This document shows positions 27,819-42,479 of a DNA stretch of 64,000 nucleotides, one piece after another. Each line of letters begins with the position of its first letter. Within the stretch, counting starts at the first letter, position 1. The position numbers were made by a program, and so were the translations under genes. Source of the stretch: Octopus sinensis (taxonomy: Eukaryota); NCBI RefSeq assembly GCF_006345805.1, contig NC_043003.1, positions 34,720,001 through 34,784,000 of the forward strand, read 5' to 3'. The notes below the pieces were generated by a model, which saw only the letters and a program-made list of their open reading frames with translations, ran no database searches and had not been told where the DNA came from.

Positions 27819-28479
27819 TAACACATATATATATATACACACACACACACATATATATATATATATGTATCATACAACGTTAGAAGTAAAGAGGTTTAAC
27901 CTTGTCTAACAATATTTACATTAATATAATGCTACCGAATGTCTATTAACTCACCAACTCACGAATGATCAGTTGTTGTCTACTGTATGCGCCTTTTCTT
28001 CCCTAACTGCAGAATATATAAATATATTTGCATCAATTCTTTGTAAGAATGATTACAAGTATCTTACATTTACAGGCAAAGCTTGAGTTGTAATATGCTA
28101 AAACTAACTAGTTGGTAAAATTACTCGCATGCACTCACAATATGCTTTTTTATTTTTATATATAAAATTTCCGTTACTAATGAGTAGAATGACACAGGAA
28201 GAAACAGCTAAGAACTGCAGGAACTTAGCTTTACTTTAACTGACTTACAGAACTCTTTGATAATATAATACATGCGACGATTATCAAAACAATACTATTA
28301 GCCAAATTTTCATAACAGCTTGTTGTGGCTGTCAGAAACCTAACCATGAATTGCTTTCCCCAGTAGAAGTGGCAACAAAATATCGTATCTGATATACTAT
28401 ATGAATAAGGGATCCTGCTGGGTGATAGGCTATCAGTACACTTCTTTACTCTCTTTTTTGGATCCCTTTATATACTTGC

Positions 28480-29410
28480 TTACAAAACTTAGAGTTTATG
28501 GAAATGGACAACTTGGAGCTAGAAGAAATAATTGTAGATGGCATGAAGCTGTATGGGTCAAGTATTAATCCTTTCAAGAGCACTTGGGTAATGTTACCAA
28601 ACATTTCACATTGAAATGACATACTGCGATTCTCAATGCGCAGATAGAAAAATAGTGCCCTTCTACTCCCTCACAAAGATACATGTGAATTTCTTGATAA
28701 TGGAACTTATAGGGTTGGATGAGAACTACAATCATATCGAAGACATTGGGAATATGAAGTGCAATAAACCCATTGACAAACAAGGTAAAAAATGAATACA
28801 CCAAGAGAGTTAAGAAAATGTAATTTTTGAAACTCTCAGCCTAAATAAACTGTACATTCTTATTCAGACGCCTATATTTACCTCATAAACTGGGCAACAG
28901 AACTTAGCGATATTGATTTAAGAACTCTGAAGCTGTGTAAAGTTACTCATCGTCGGTGAGAATATTGACAGATTATGTTTCTCACACGAAGAGAGGCATA
29001 TTGATATTGTATGAGATCTGGATCTTCGCAGTAAAGCAAGACGATGAACCAAGGCGGACATACCAACTAAAAGCAGGCACAAAATTCCTTCCAAAACAGA
29101 TCATGCTTAACACAACAACAGCAAAAAAGAGTAATACCAGTTCTCTAGGAATTTTGAACCAGGATACTTAAAATGAAAAATTGACCATAGAGGGAATAAA
29201 CAAACTGAAAGTCTTGTACGAGTACCGACAAGATTTTAACATCTCAAATTAAAAAGATAATTCACACAATCTAGGAAATAATAATCCCCACAAGTACCCT
29301 CTATACAGCAGACAAATGCCAACAAAAAATGGTAAGTGAAACCTACAGTTTTTAATCAGGACACCATCGACTGAGAGAGGATGTCTTCTAGATAAAGCAA
29401 TTGTCTTTAC
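28480..29410 (+). mobile_element. Decayed RLE-type (R4/Dong-like) LINE, RT C-terminal region
   Basis: Broken frames give KVKNEYTKRVKKM..LKLSA.IN, ATELSDIDLRTLKL and ENIDRLCFSHEE. These resemble the KIKKEY.RRV..IL..ELNA.NK, EL..ID.KTRK and DIDRLY.PR..GGRG motifs of these elements. Many stops. Confidence 0.5.
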
Positions 29411-29976
29411 AATAGAGTTAAGTTCGTATGAGTATGTGGTTTAACTAACAAATTTTGACTGAGAAACATGGATCTATGTTCAGGGAAAGGATATTTGCAA
29501 TGTATTACTTTTAATTACAAGATTCAATATATTTTACATGTTTGCACTCTGAAATGTGAATTATTTCAATTATATTGACTTCCTTTTAAATACTAGCATT
29601 AAAAAATAAGTTACTAATACCATTATCGAAATAAACTTTGGAAATTTAATGTTGGTTTTTGGTTCTCAGACTAAGGATTTTCAAGCGAACCGATATGTTT
29701 TCATTTGCCGTATGTATGTATACACGTATCTATATTAGAAATATGCATTCATGTCTAAGGAAAAGGTATATAGAACATGCTTGCTTATTTAAATGTTAAC
29801 GCATATTTCTACTTTAAGCAAATCATTACATTTAAGGACTTTTATAAATATTTTTCTAGTATATATTATATATACCAATATATATTATATATATTTTTAT
29901 AACTATTTTAGCACTGAAAATTGAAATTTATCATGTATCATTTTCCATTTATATCTACGAAATATTTATTTGAAAG

Positions 29977-30037
<61 letters not shown>

Positions 30038-30094
30038 TACACACAACACACACACGCGGGCACAAACATATGCACATACACAGATTGATAAGTA

Positions 30095-30245
30095 GATTAT
30101 GAGAAAGACAGAGCTACACAGGTAGATAGATAGGTAGGTAGGTAAGTAAGGAGGGTAGGCAGGCAGGTAGGTAGGTAGGCAGGTAGGTAGGTAGGTAGGT
30201 AGGTAGGTAGGTAGGTAGGTAGGTAGGTAGGTAGGTAGGTAGGTA
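30095..30245. repeat. (GTAG)n tetranucleotide array
   Basis: Directly visible. Confidence 0.9.
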
Positions 30246-30344
30246 GAGAAATAAAAAGATAGCTACATGAATTGATAGATTGAGATACACAGAGATAGAC
30301 TGATAGAGTCAAGAAGACGGACAGACAGATAGAACAACAGACAG

Positions 30345-30430
30345 GCAGATAGATAGATATGTTTCTTTATTAGCCACACAGGGCTGCACACAGATAGAAC
30401 AATTACAAGGTAGAGCTTTTCTTTTGAAGG

Positions 30431-30475
<45 letters not shown>

Positions 30476-30540
30476 AAGGGGGAGGTTCGATCAAAAGGGA
30501 TCGTAAAAGGAGAGAAAGAGGACAAAAATAAGGGGGTTAA
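30345..30540 (-). mobile_element. 3' UTR/tail of a non-LTR retrotransposon, interrupted by long homopolymers
   Basis: Minus strand ...GCTCTACCTTGTAATTGTTCTATCTGTGTGCAGCCCTGTGTGGCTAATAAAGAAAC followed by (ATCT)n: AATAAA plus simple-repeat tail. Family assignment is from recollection only. Confidence 0.45.
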
Positions 30541-30573
30541 AAAAAAAAAAAAAAAAAGGGGGGGGGAGGAAAA

Positions 30574-30830
<257 letters not shown>

Positions 30831-32854
30831 CAGAGAGATGGATTTGTAAATGGGTAGATTCTGTCATCGGCGATTGGAGATACTGCAAATGGCTCCCAAT
30901 ACAGTGGATAGAGCGGAGATAGTGTGCGCACGCACGCGTGTAACATATAAATATGTATGTATGTAATGATGTATATACATACACATATATATATATATAA
31001 ACATAAATAGGTAAGGAGAATGTTCATAAGAATAGAAATTGAGCCAAAGAGAAAAGGAGAAGGGAAAATGAAAGTATGGAGGTAGTAGGAGGAGAAAGAA
31101 CGATTCCAAGGCTACGGACGTGAAATTTGATATCCTCTCGGTGTCATAGTAACCTTACTCTCTAGGCTGTCAATAGGTTTGCTGGGAGATTTCAGAATTT
31201 AAGTTGCAGCAAAGCAAAAGACTGTAATAAGGGCTTTTATGTGTGTAACTAGTGTCCTGTTGCAACACTTGAGTTTTTCGACAGAGCATCATTATTCTGG
31301 CAATTTCTGCCGTTGAAATACAATTCTGTCAGGAGAAGAACAGAGAGAGAGAGGGGGGAGAGAGACAGGCAGACAGAGACAGAGCAACAGAGCGAGATAG
31401 AGAGAGAGAGGTGAGTAAAGGAGAGAGGAATTGAGAGCGAGAAGTTGGAGCGAATTAATCATAAAATGTGCATGACTGAGAGAAAGGAGGTGTTACAAAA
31501 ATATCATAAAATGCATGTGTGTATGTCTACGTGTAAGAATAAAAGTGTGGACGAGTTGTATAACGGACACGCAGGCAAAAGAAGACATAAATACACACGC
31601 TCACTGTATATAAAAGAGAACAAATAAAGACGGTGTGTGTATGTGTGTTGGGGGAGGAGAAAGAAAAGAGACATATACATAGGCATAGAGAAAGGTAATT
31701 GAAGATACATTTACTTGTATTTCCTAACTTCATTATCTTCTTATTTTTTCGGTTTTGTATCTGAGATAATTGATGGGTCAACACTTACCTATACTTTGAC
31801 ACATCTATCAATACGAAATGGACCAACACACACAGTCGTATTCACATACGCACACACACACACCAACATACACACACGTACACATACAAATACACACACA
31901 CGTACAAGACGCATATGCACATGGCACACATATACTGTTTCTTTTTTTTGTTTTTGTTCTTACAGGGTTTGGAAGAAGGGGCAGTGTCCAGGCTTATTTC
32001 AGGGTTCTCTTCAAGATGGGATATATAAATGTGTGTATATGTGTGAAAATTTGAAGTTTTGACAACTTCGCGTTATGTTTGATTAACGAATTATAAACTT
32101 AGAGAGAAAGAGAGTGTTGCATATACATCTAAACACATATATATCAATGTATACAAGCTCATAATTTCTATCTCTGAATGTGTGTGAGCGAGTGTATGTG
32201 TGCATTTGTGTGTGTGCGTTTGTGTGTGTCTGTGTGTGCATTTGTGTGTGTGTGAAAATGAAGATGAAATATTAGGATTTCGGTGTTTAGAAGAGAGATT
32301 GTATCCTTTATTGAGAACTTGCGACTAAAATCACACGGGATTTTAAAAGAGTATTGCGATTGAAAACGAAATATACCAAGACAGAAACAAGCGTAAATAA
32401 ATAGGAAGTTTAAGCAAGGCTATCTTTTCACTGAAGACGAGGAAAGCACGAAAAATACTAGAGTGGTTAAGAAATACAAAATAGACTTGAAATTGTATGT
32501 ACAACCTAGAGAGAGAGATAGAGAAAGGTTCGAAAGAGATCTATAGAGAAAGAGAGAGAGAGAAAGAGAGAGAGACTGTAGCGAGAGGGTATGATTAGCT
32601 CGAAAAAGAGAAAGACAGTCAGAAAGAGTAAGTGGGGTAAAACAGACCAAGTAAATCACAGCGCGAGAAAGCAAATTGGTTCTCGTGAAAAGTATATCTG
32701 TCTTACTAGGAATAAAACCTGAGGTATACGACTATTAACAGAAAGGACAAAATACAAGGCAGAGACAATACTCACACTATAATATATACTATTATATAAA
32801 TAAATACTTACACAAATACACACACACACATATATATATGTATACATACATACA

Positions 32855-32997
32855 CACACGACAGGTTTATTTCAGTTTCTGTCTTCCAAATCCACTCGCA
32901 AGGCTATAGTGGAAGGTACTTGTCCAAGGTGACATGTAGTGAGACTGAACCCGGAACCATCACCAAGCTTCTAACTACACAGCCATGCCTGCGCCTA
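32855..32997 (-). mobile_element. tRNA-derived SINE (family A) with internal deletions
   Basis: Reverse complement AGGCGCAGGCATGGCTGTGTAGTTAGAAGCTTGG..GGTTCCGGGTTCAGTCTCACT...CTTGGACAAGTACC...GAGTGGATTTGGAAGACAGAAACTGAAA; the head is near-identical to 1172-1278. Confidence 0.8.
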
Positions 32998-33104
32998 TAA
33001 TATATATATATATATATACATACATACAGCTTTCTCTCTGTTTCTCTCTCAATATATATATATATATATATAACATACATACAGCTTTCTCTCTGTTTCT
33101 CTCT

Positions 33105-33135
<31 letters not shown>

Positions 33136-33189
33136 ACACATATATCTTTCTCTTTCTCTTTCAATATATATGTATGTATGAATATATGC

Positions 33190-33272
<83 letters not shown>

Positions 33273-33608
33273 ATATATATGTGTGTGTGTGGGTGTGTGG
33301 GTGTGTATGTGTTTGAGTATGTGTCTGAGTGTGTGTGTGTATAAAGCAGCGTAAAAATTTAGATATGCTTTGCTATGCAGTCTATCTATTAGGAGTTTTC
33401 GTCTACCTTTAAATATAGAAGTGTGTGAATGCATTTACGTACACACATTCGTTAAAATGAATGTGTATACATGTATATAAGATTTTTATACATACATAGA
33501 AATATACTATATACATACAATGTACATTCAAAGATAATGTAGATGCGAACATACCTTTCTGCTTGTATCTATACATACGTACATATATATATTTATATAT
33601 TATATATA

Positions 33609-33693
<85 letters not shown>

Positions 33694-35182
33694 ACATATA
33701 TATGTATGGATGTCTGTATTATGTATCAATGTAGGTATGTATGTATGTATTTATTTATACATATGCACACACTTATATACATGTGTGTGTATATGTTTAT
33801 GTGTACACACACACATATATATATATGTGCATATATGTATAAATGTGTATACATGTATGCAATGTTTTACGCAGGGGTGTACATATACATACGTATTAAA
33901 ACTAATGTCCCAGCCTCAATACCTAATTGACGTCAAGAGCACGACCAGCAAAGGATAAATTAGCGCAAGTATCTAAAAACGTTTTGGTTTGGCTCCAAGA
34001 ACGTCTCCCTGCAATAGTTGTACCGTCGATCGATGCTGGACCAAAGTGTCGTTGCTTTGTGATCGATGGCTACTCTTTGATCTGGGCCTCTAGCATTATT
34101 GAACTTTAGATTAGATGATGGCTACTGTATAGCTGCTTCTAACGGAACTTTCATGGCCGACACTTTAATGGTAAATGGTTGTAGTGATGCTGCTGCTGCT
34201 GCTGTTGGTAGTGGTGGTGTTAGAGGTGGTAGTGGTAGTGGTTGCTGTTGTGTTGATGGGCATAGGGTGGACGTTGGTAATGTTGGTGGTGACGCTTGTG
34301 GAGCAGATGAAGATGATTTTAGATCTGGTGTTGGTGTTGGCGATATTTTTGGTTTTGAATGTAAAGGGTTTGGTGATGGCGCTGGTGGCGGTGGCAGTAA
34401 TTGTGGTTGTGTTGCTGTGATGGTATAGTGGATGTGGTGACAGTGGTGGTAGTAGAAACTGTCGATGGTGACAGCGTCAGTGGAACGACTGCTAATGGTT
34501 TGAAGTGATAGTATGAGGTGATAGCGGGTTTTGTTAGTGGTACTGGTCTAGTAAGGATACTAATGGTAAATAACGCTGAAAGTATTTGTATTGATGATGC
34601 ATAGTCGTAGCACTAGTGGAAATGTTGCTAGTTGCTGCTCCTGATGTCAGGTGGTGCAGAGAGAATGTTATTATTTGTGTTACAGCGGAGTAGTCGTAGT
34701 TGATCTAAGGCCACAAGCAGAACTACAAACGTTGTACTGGTGGTGACATGGTGGAGGTGGAGGTAGAGGTTATGGCGGTGATGGTGGTAGTGGCAGTGGT
34801 TTTGGTGGTGATGGTTGAAGTGGTACCTGTGGCAGTTGTTAAAGTGGTAGTTGCTCAGGCTCAGACATCATAGTAATGTTACTGATTGTGATCGGTAATG
34901 GACGGTCGCTACTGTAGAATAAGGTGATGTAGACAGTTACAGCGTCGGGCTATGAATGGAATGACCGTCGTCGTCGTCGTCACGAGGATCTTCGTTGTCG
35001 TCGTGAACATCACACACGACAGAAGGGACAGAAGCTGTAACGAAAGCGTCAATCAAAGATTCATAGTTACTAATCAGTGTTGCCAATCTATAATAATGAT
35101 AATGGGACCCAGTAATGTTCATGCTGCTTGTAAAACAATTACAGCAGCTCTAGCAGTAACTGTAATACACACACACACACAC

Positions 35183-35214
<32 letters not shown>

Positions 35215-35689
35215 CACACACACATTCATTACATATAAATATATATGTATGTATATGTTGAAAGCTATATATCATAATCAAGGAGCAGTTTAAGTAATCA
35301 CAAAAAAGGCTACTTCTGGTCGCTCCTCTCTGTCACTTCCTATACGTATGTGTGTGTGTGTATTTGACTGTGTGAGTGTGAATTATAGTGTGTGTGTTTG
35401 TGTGTGTGAGAGAGAGAGGGAGAGAAAGAGAAGGGAAAAAGAGAGGGGAGAGAATGGGAGAGAGATGATCGGAATTTTTCACCGATATCGACGTATGGTC
35501 GCTCAGAAGCAAAGCGCTGCCTCTATGCGAAGACTCGGGAGTCTCCAGCAATACCGTTGACGTGTTTTACACGATTTCACTTCATTGCTACAGGACCTTG
35601 ATAAAAGGAAATCGTTGTTGTTACAGAAAGTACGCATAATCTCACTCACGTGTATGTCACTAATAATAACTTCCAGTTATTCTGATTCA

Positions 35690-36003
35690 AGTGGAGGCTC
35701 AATGGCCCAGTGGTTAGGGCAGCGGACTCGCGGTCGGGGGGTCCGCGGTTTCGATTCCCAGACCAGGCGTTGTGTGTTTTTATTGAGCGAAAACACTTAA
35801 CGCCCCACGAGGCTCCGGCAGGGGTTGGTGGCAACCCCTGTTGTACTCTTTCGCCACAACTTTCTCTCGCTTATTCTTCCTGTTTCTTGAGTAACGCTGC
35901 GATGGACTGACATCCCGTCCAGTTGGGGGGAACACATAAGCCACAGAAACCGGGAAACCGGGCCCATGAGCCTGGCTAGGCTTGAAAAAGGCGCATAAAT
36001 AAA
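35690..36003 (+). mobile_element. Full-length tRNA-derived SINE (family C, tail type 1) with 11-bp target-site duplication
   Basis: A-box TGGCCCAGTGG, B-box-like GGTTTCGATTCCC, A-rich end ATAAATAAA. ATTCTGATTCA flanks both sides (35679-35689 and 36004-36014). Resembles the tRNA-derived OR-type octopus SINEs as I recall them. Confidence 0.9.
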
Positions 36004-36299
36004 ATTCTGATTCACGTTTTCTCTCCCTCGTTTCCCAAGTTTAGTTATATCTTCTAACACTTTATCACCTCAATTTCCAGTATCCCTTTGACCATATCTC
36101 TACCTGCATTGAGTACACTTATCTCATTTCACCCCTCTTTAAAAGTGTTTTCAGAGCCTTCCATACTCACCAATAGCACCGTGTAGCTATTTCATTCATG
36201 CCACTCCAATGCTTCCGGTACAGAAATTGAAACATTGGCGTTCCTTATCCCATTGTATCCTCTAGATGCGTCTAAAAGATTGATACACATATACTTCAA

Positions 36300-37300
36300 A
36301 CACTTTTGATCTCTTTCTCACCTCTAAATCTAATCGAAACTAATCTGTAATTGTCTTCACACCTACCGACCAATTCTTCATCGCAACAACCATACACCCA
36401 TCTGCAGCACCTTCTAAATCATACAGGCTAAGGAAATATAACGACTAGCCGGTGATCTATCAGTTTCGTTCCAACTAACCCCAGAATTATATGTGCACCG
36501 TTCTTGATCCTCTAGTCGAATGTTCTAAAATTTATATGCCCCTGCTTGCAACAAGGACACGGTACTTCGTGTACCATGTGATTCACTCATAGAATTGTTG
36601 AAGCGGTTTGAGAAAATAAAATGGCCTATACTGCATGAAAACTTCACCTAGCCCAAAATCTGAATGGTTCTACCCAGAAAAAATAAACTGTTGCAAGATC
36701 ACTATTGGGACCCAGAAAGATAATTTCAGAGACGATATCTTTCAACCTTTCTTACTTCTAAAACTGCAACCAGTGCTTTAGGTAATTTGGTAAAGGTATA
36801 ACACCAAAATTTCAGAATAAACTTTCTCTTGACTTCTCGATGACCATGATTACCCACTGCACTCACTTGGTGAATCTCTTCCAAATTTATTTATCCACTT
36901 CTAGCTTTACAACCCTACTGCTTTACATTCATATACGTCAAATTCAGAATTTCTTCCGATCACTTCCAACCAACCAGGCCACATATCAAGTCAAATTTCC
37001 ATCCATTCATTCAAACATTGTACCCCAGATCTAGTTATTATACTCACAAGTTGATTTTTCTCTTCAAAAGTTGGATGTCCCATTCTGTACTGGGATCTGT
37101 CTTCTTCTGTCTAGCATGAAAACAGGTTACATATTGTCCTATTAACAAGAAATTTTTTTCTGGACCAGTTTATTATTTCGCTAGCATATTTATTTTCAAC
37201 GTCTTTAAGACAATGAAGACAGCCATTAACTACGATGTTCTCAAAGACCTTGAATTTCTCTAAATCTCTCTTCTTAACCACCACAAATAGCCTGTCTGTA
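36300..37300 (-). mobile_element. Very decayed RTE-like LINE, AP-endonuclease region
   Basis: Faint motifs in the right order on the minus strand: GNLT*YVA (cf. GDFNGHVG), SG*SWSSRSQEKVILKFW (cf. GGYGFGSRNEEG.RLLEFC) and EDNYRLVSIRF (cf. QHRLVV.DF). Confidence 0.35.
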
Positions 37301-37542
37301 AAACTAGATTCATAGGTGACCTACATTTTTATGTCCCGTAAAAATGGGTCCTCGCTCTGAAGAAATTCGCTGGAAGCAGTTTGACTACGATCGACATATT
37401 CATTTCGATGTCTGGCGTAAAATCTCGGATTCAAAATTCCTGCCTATGGCTCCACGCATCACTCATTTTTTTGATCAGTGGGTTCCTGTCAGATCACACT
37501 GCTGCAGCGTGTATTGACGAAGGCTTTTCTTTTCTTTTGTAC

Positions 37543-37772
37543 ATGTATGTATGCATGTATGTACGTATGTACGTATGTATGTATGTATGTATGTATGCAT
37601 GTTTGTAAATATGTATGTATGCATGTATGTATGTATGTATGTATGTATGTATGTATGTATGTATGTATGTATGTATGTATGTATGCATGCATGTTTGTAA
37701 ATATGTATGTATGCATGTATGCGTGTATGTACGTATGTATGCATGTATGCGTGTATGTATGTATGTATGAAT
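37543..37772. repeat. (TATG)n array
   Basis: Directly visible. Confidence 0.95.
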
Positions 37773-38221
37773 GTATGGAAATGAGTAAGTTTCTATGTAT
37801 CTGAAGGCGGGAATAATTGATAAGTGACTTGAGAGTGACTGTGAGGTATTCTGTTGTATTTATGCGTATTTATTCATTCCGGCGTAACACTTCGATTCCT
37901 TCCTCTTCCAACTAAAAGTAACTTAACTTTTCTAGAAAACAGAGATTTGTAAAATAAACGCCTGACTGAAATACATATCAAAGTTGATAAGATAGACAAA
38001 GTCAGTTGATGCGGTGCTACATAATAGCTACAATCTTTGTCCACTAAAACTTAAAAAAAGAAAGCATTATTTCCCAATACATGATTTTTGGGTGAAAATA
38101 ACACCATATTATTTGAAATAGGTGTTCAAGTTACAGGAAAAGTACACCACTATAGGAAGACATATATTGATTAGCAAAAGTAACAGAAAGTAAAATGGTG
38201 ATTGAATAGAATACAAACTAC

Positions 38222-38238
38222 CTATGTTATATATATAC

Positions 38239-38274
<36 letters not shown>

Positions 38275-38614
38275 ATACATGTACTTATGTATATATATAT
38301 ATATGAATATATATATATGTATATATATTGTATATATATATGTGTATATATATATGTATATATATATATATGCATATATATGTATATATATATATATGTA
38401 TATATATATGTGTATATATATATATATGTATATATATGTATTATATATGTATATATATTTATGTATATATATATATAGTATATATATGTATATATATTTA
38501 TGTATATATATATATGTATATATATGTATAATATATATATGTATATATATATATGTATATATATATGTATATATGTATACATGTATATATATATATATAT
38601 GCATATATATATTA

Positions 38615-38645
<31 letters not shown>

Positions 38646-38880
38646 ATATCTATATGTATACATATATATATATGTATCTATATATATATGTATATATATA
38701 TATGTATATATATATATGTATACATATATATAATATATATATATATGTATATATATATGTATATATATATGTATACACATATATATATATGTATATATAT
38801 ATGTATAATATATATGTATATATATATTATATATATAATGTATATATATATATATATGTATAGATATATGTATATATATG

Positions 38881-38962
<82 letters not shown>

Positions 38963-38985
38963 CATATGTGTGTGTGTGTGTTTTT
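38222..38985. repeat. ~760-bp (TA)n/(TATATG)n compound array
   Basis: Directly visible. It is the source of the 298-aa YI-repeat pseudo-ORF. Confidence 0.95.
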
Positions 38986-39980
38986 GTGTACTCATACATA
39001 CACAAACATATCTATGTATACACCGATAGAAAGAAAAGAGAAAGAAGTGGAGTGATACATAGATACACTCAAACATACATAAATAAAAAGATACAAATTT
39101 GTGAGAGATTGTGGAGAAAAGAAATGAAAATATAAATGAAAAGCAAAATACGAGACATTAAAGGAAGGTTTCAATATTCATCCATCAAGTTTAATTTGTG
39201 TTCCTATCCCAATACAAAGTGACCCGTAGTGTTTGGCCACTTTCAATAGGGATTTTTAAAAAAGAAATCTATCCAGCCCCTTTTGTCGATATATCGTTTC
39301 TTTACGCTTACTTTAGCAGCAATATTGATATAACATGAAGCATAACCACCATCTCTGCGCTCCCTTGTTCATTCTCTCTCAATTCATACATACATACATA
39401 CATACATACATACATCAATTCATACTCTTATTAACGATTTTGTTTTTATGATAAATAGCTTCCCAAGTCACAGGGATTCATAATTCCGGTGCTTAACTTC
39501 AGATTCAGTAGCTTTTAGCGTGCGAGGCATGAGTCAACCCCTGCTAACACGCCAGACCATCGCAGTCAATATTCCAATATTAAAGCATCTGTTTCAAACA
39601 ACTAGAGAACTGAGGCATGTAAAATTAAGTGTATGGCAAAAATTATGTAATACATCATAGAAAAATAGAAATGCATTATAGAAAAATTACGCAATATATC
39701 ATAAAGCAACATACACTGTAGTCAGACAGTTTATATATCAATCGATTTTCAGAATAAATCATCTGATGGTGTAAATTTGACAATAAATATTGGAGAAAAT
39801 TTAGGTAACACGCCATAGAACAGACGAATTAATTCCATACAAGAATATATATTTCGCGTTTTTTTTTTCTGAAATATCTTCGGGTTTATAACTCCAAAGA
39901 GGCGCTTCGTATCTTACAATGGAAGAATCATAAATTCGTCTCAAACAACATCCATCTTAATGATACACATACACACACAC

Positions 39981-40029
<49 letters not shown>

Positions 40030-40115
40030 TATATATATATATATATATATATTACAGAGAGAGAGAGAGAGAGAAGAGAGATGGATAGATAGATATACAT
40101 ACATACATACATACA

Positions 40116-40175
<60 letters not shown>

Positions 40176-40340
40176 ATATAAACATTATTGGTGAATTGAA
40201 GAAATGGAGCTGAACGCAGATTGAACAGAAATCGTTTTATTTCATTCTACACGTGTTGTTTACTGCTGTGATTTTTGCTACTAAGGTATCGGTTAAACTT
40301 TTGATTATCTACTACAAGATTATTCATCTTTCTATTTCAC

Positions 40341-40391
<51 letters not shown>

Positions 40392-40523
40392 TTACGTCTA
40401 TACATATATATTATAAAGACAAATACAAAAGGAAATTTCATACGCCAATTATTCGGTTATACGTTCTTAGTCATGTTTTATTGACAATAAAACAGTGATA
40501 TACAATGAAAACTATATATATAT

Positions 40524-40600
<77 letters not shown>

Positions 40601-41784
40601 GGTCTCTCTCTCCTGTGTTCCCCTCTCTCATATAATATAACAGGAGAGAGAGAGAGTGAGAGAGAGACCTACATATACAATTCCCCAATCTTTACGATAT
40701 ATGTGCTAATATATACAACTTAAAACTTAAACGACGGTGAATAACTTATGTAGAATAAAATTTATTTACGAATAAAACCAAAAAATGTTTGCAGCGTGTT
40801 TAAACTTTCCTGCGTTGTTTTACATATGCAGACACAAATTTGTAGGTAGATACATATATTCAGTGTTAATATTTAAATGTATTCCACCGAATCGAGGCAT
40901 GAAGCTTTAAAATTGTCCCAAGAATTCGATACGAGTTAATATTCACGATATATCGATGATATAAGCGCTACGAGGAAGGATGTATTTTGACTGGCATTCA
41001 ATGTGTTCAGTAGGCAAACAACTGCAAAATATAGGAACTCAAATCTATTCTTACCGTAGCTCCTCTGCTTTTACTTTCACTTTACACATATACACGATGC
41101 CGGCATAGACACAGAGATATATGTGCTAGGAAGTAGTGTGTGATTAAGAAGAATGTTATTTGAGACGAATTTATGATTCTTCTATTGTACGATACGAAGA
41201 GCCTCTTTGGAGTTATAAACCCGAATTTATATAATCAAATGCAGTAAAAGAAATAAAGTAAAATTATATTAAGCGTGCTTGCAGATTCGACAAGCCAAAT
41301 TTTAGAAACCAAATTGCAACACTGATTACTGCAATATAAATTTTGTTCGATTTAACATGAAGTCGATGATTTTACTGGTTACATTGAATTTACAAATTAC
41401 ATTGGGTGCTGAATTATGTTGTGTGGCTTGCAAATTTGGGTTTTTCATGTTGATATGTAGATGTTTAATTTTCTTGATTTTGCTATATACGTTAGCTTTT
41501 GGTCAGATGTGATACAAGTGCTATATTTATCAGTTTGTTAATGAGAATCAGTTGTATAATTAAGTTGGGTTTTGTTGGGTTTTGCCTAATTTGCATGAGG
41601 GTAAATTTCTATTGCTTGATCTAGAAACCTATTCGACTATTTGTTATCAGCAAGTGGTTTTGCTAGGTAAATCCTCACATATGTTACCTTTGCCATTCAT
41701 TCATTCATTCATTCGTTCGTTCTTTCTTTCATTCATTCATTCATTCAAAATCAATAATATGAGATAGTTCTTTGTTGTTGTTCT

Positions 41785-41945
41785 TGTTTGATCGGTTCAA
41801 TTATACTCGGGCAGATCTATGATCAAAGCTGTTCCAATCCCGATCTTATCTATTTCATGCATTATCAAACCAAAGGATCTTCCCATTCTCAAGAGAGTAC
41901 CATGTGATTTAAGGAAGATTTGGCCATTATATCTAGCACGTCAGA
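41785..41945 (+). repeat. Degenerate dispersed repeat, second copy near 62000-62165
   Basis: GCAGATCTATGATCAAAGCTGTTCCA...GTGATTTAAGGAAGATTTGGCCATTATATCTAGCA aligns loosely with ATAGATTGATAATCAAAAGCATCCCA...GTGATTGAGGGAAATTTTGTTGCTATTTCCAGAA. Confidence 0.35.
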
Positions 41946-42479
41946 TCCCTCAGTAGTTGTTCTCTATTGGGTAAAGGTAATAATTTATATATCGCGGTGG
42001 ATTCCTTTCTACCCCTTTAAATATCAGCGCTACAATAAAATTGAGAGTTTTAATTGTTGTCAATGTTTTCAACATAATAAATAACCACAGTAAGGAATAC
42101 ACCGACTAGGAAGATATATTAATAGTTAGCTAAAGGTATTTAAATTAATTAAAATATCTTGGCTCTCTAAACTAAGTATATTAACAACACTTTGTTAATT
42201 ACTTTTCATGCACCAGGTATCAGAGTGAACACTATGTCTCTAACACTCAATCTATCGATTTATCTGCTGTCATTCAATTCATCTTTATTGATTACACTTA
42301 TTAGACCGCGGCCATAATGTGGCATACACTCAATCGCTAATATTGACTACTTAATCGTTCTCGTAAAAAATGGAAGTCAATGCGAATTGGGACCTAAAGA
42401 GACGTCAACTGACAGCGAAATACTGAGAGATATTACAAGATGCATAGATTTTGCAGTTTGTTGATTACAGTGGACTCTC

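Noticed and set aside
34099-34428. Gly-rich ORF
   Set aside because: Decayed GGT/GTT array continuing out of frame on both sides.
35693-35770. tRNA-like sequence
   Set aside because: No proper acceptor stem; it continues into a SINE body with a TSD, so it is a SINE head rather than a tRNA gene.
38109-39076. Long ORFs (up to 298 aa) of YI/IY/CV/HT repeats here and throughout the window
   Set aside because: They are translations of (TA)n, (TG)n, (CA)n and (TATG)n microsatellites, which lack stops in some frames. There is no coding evidence.
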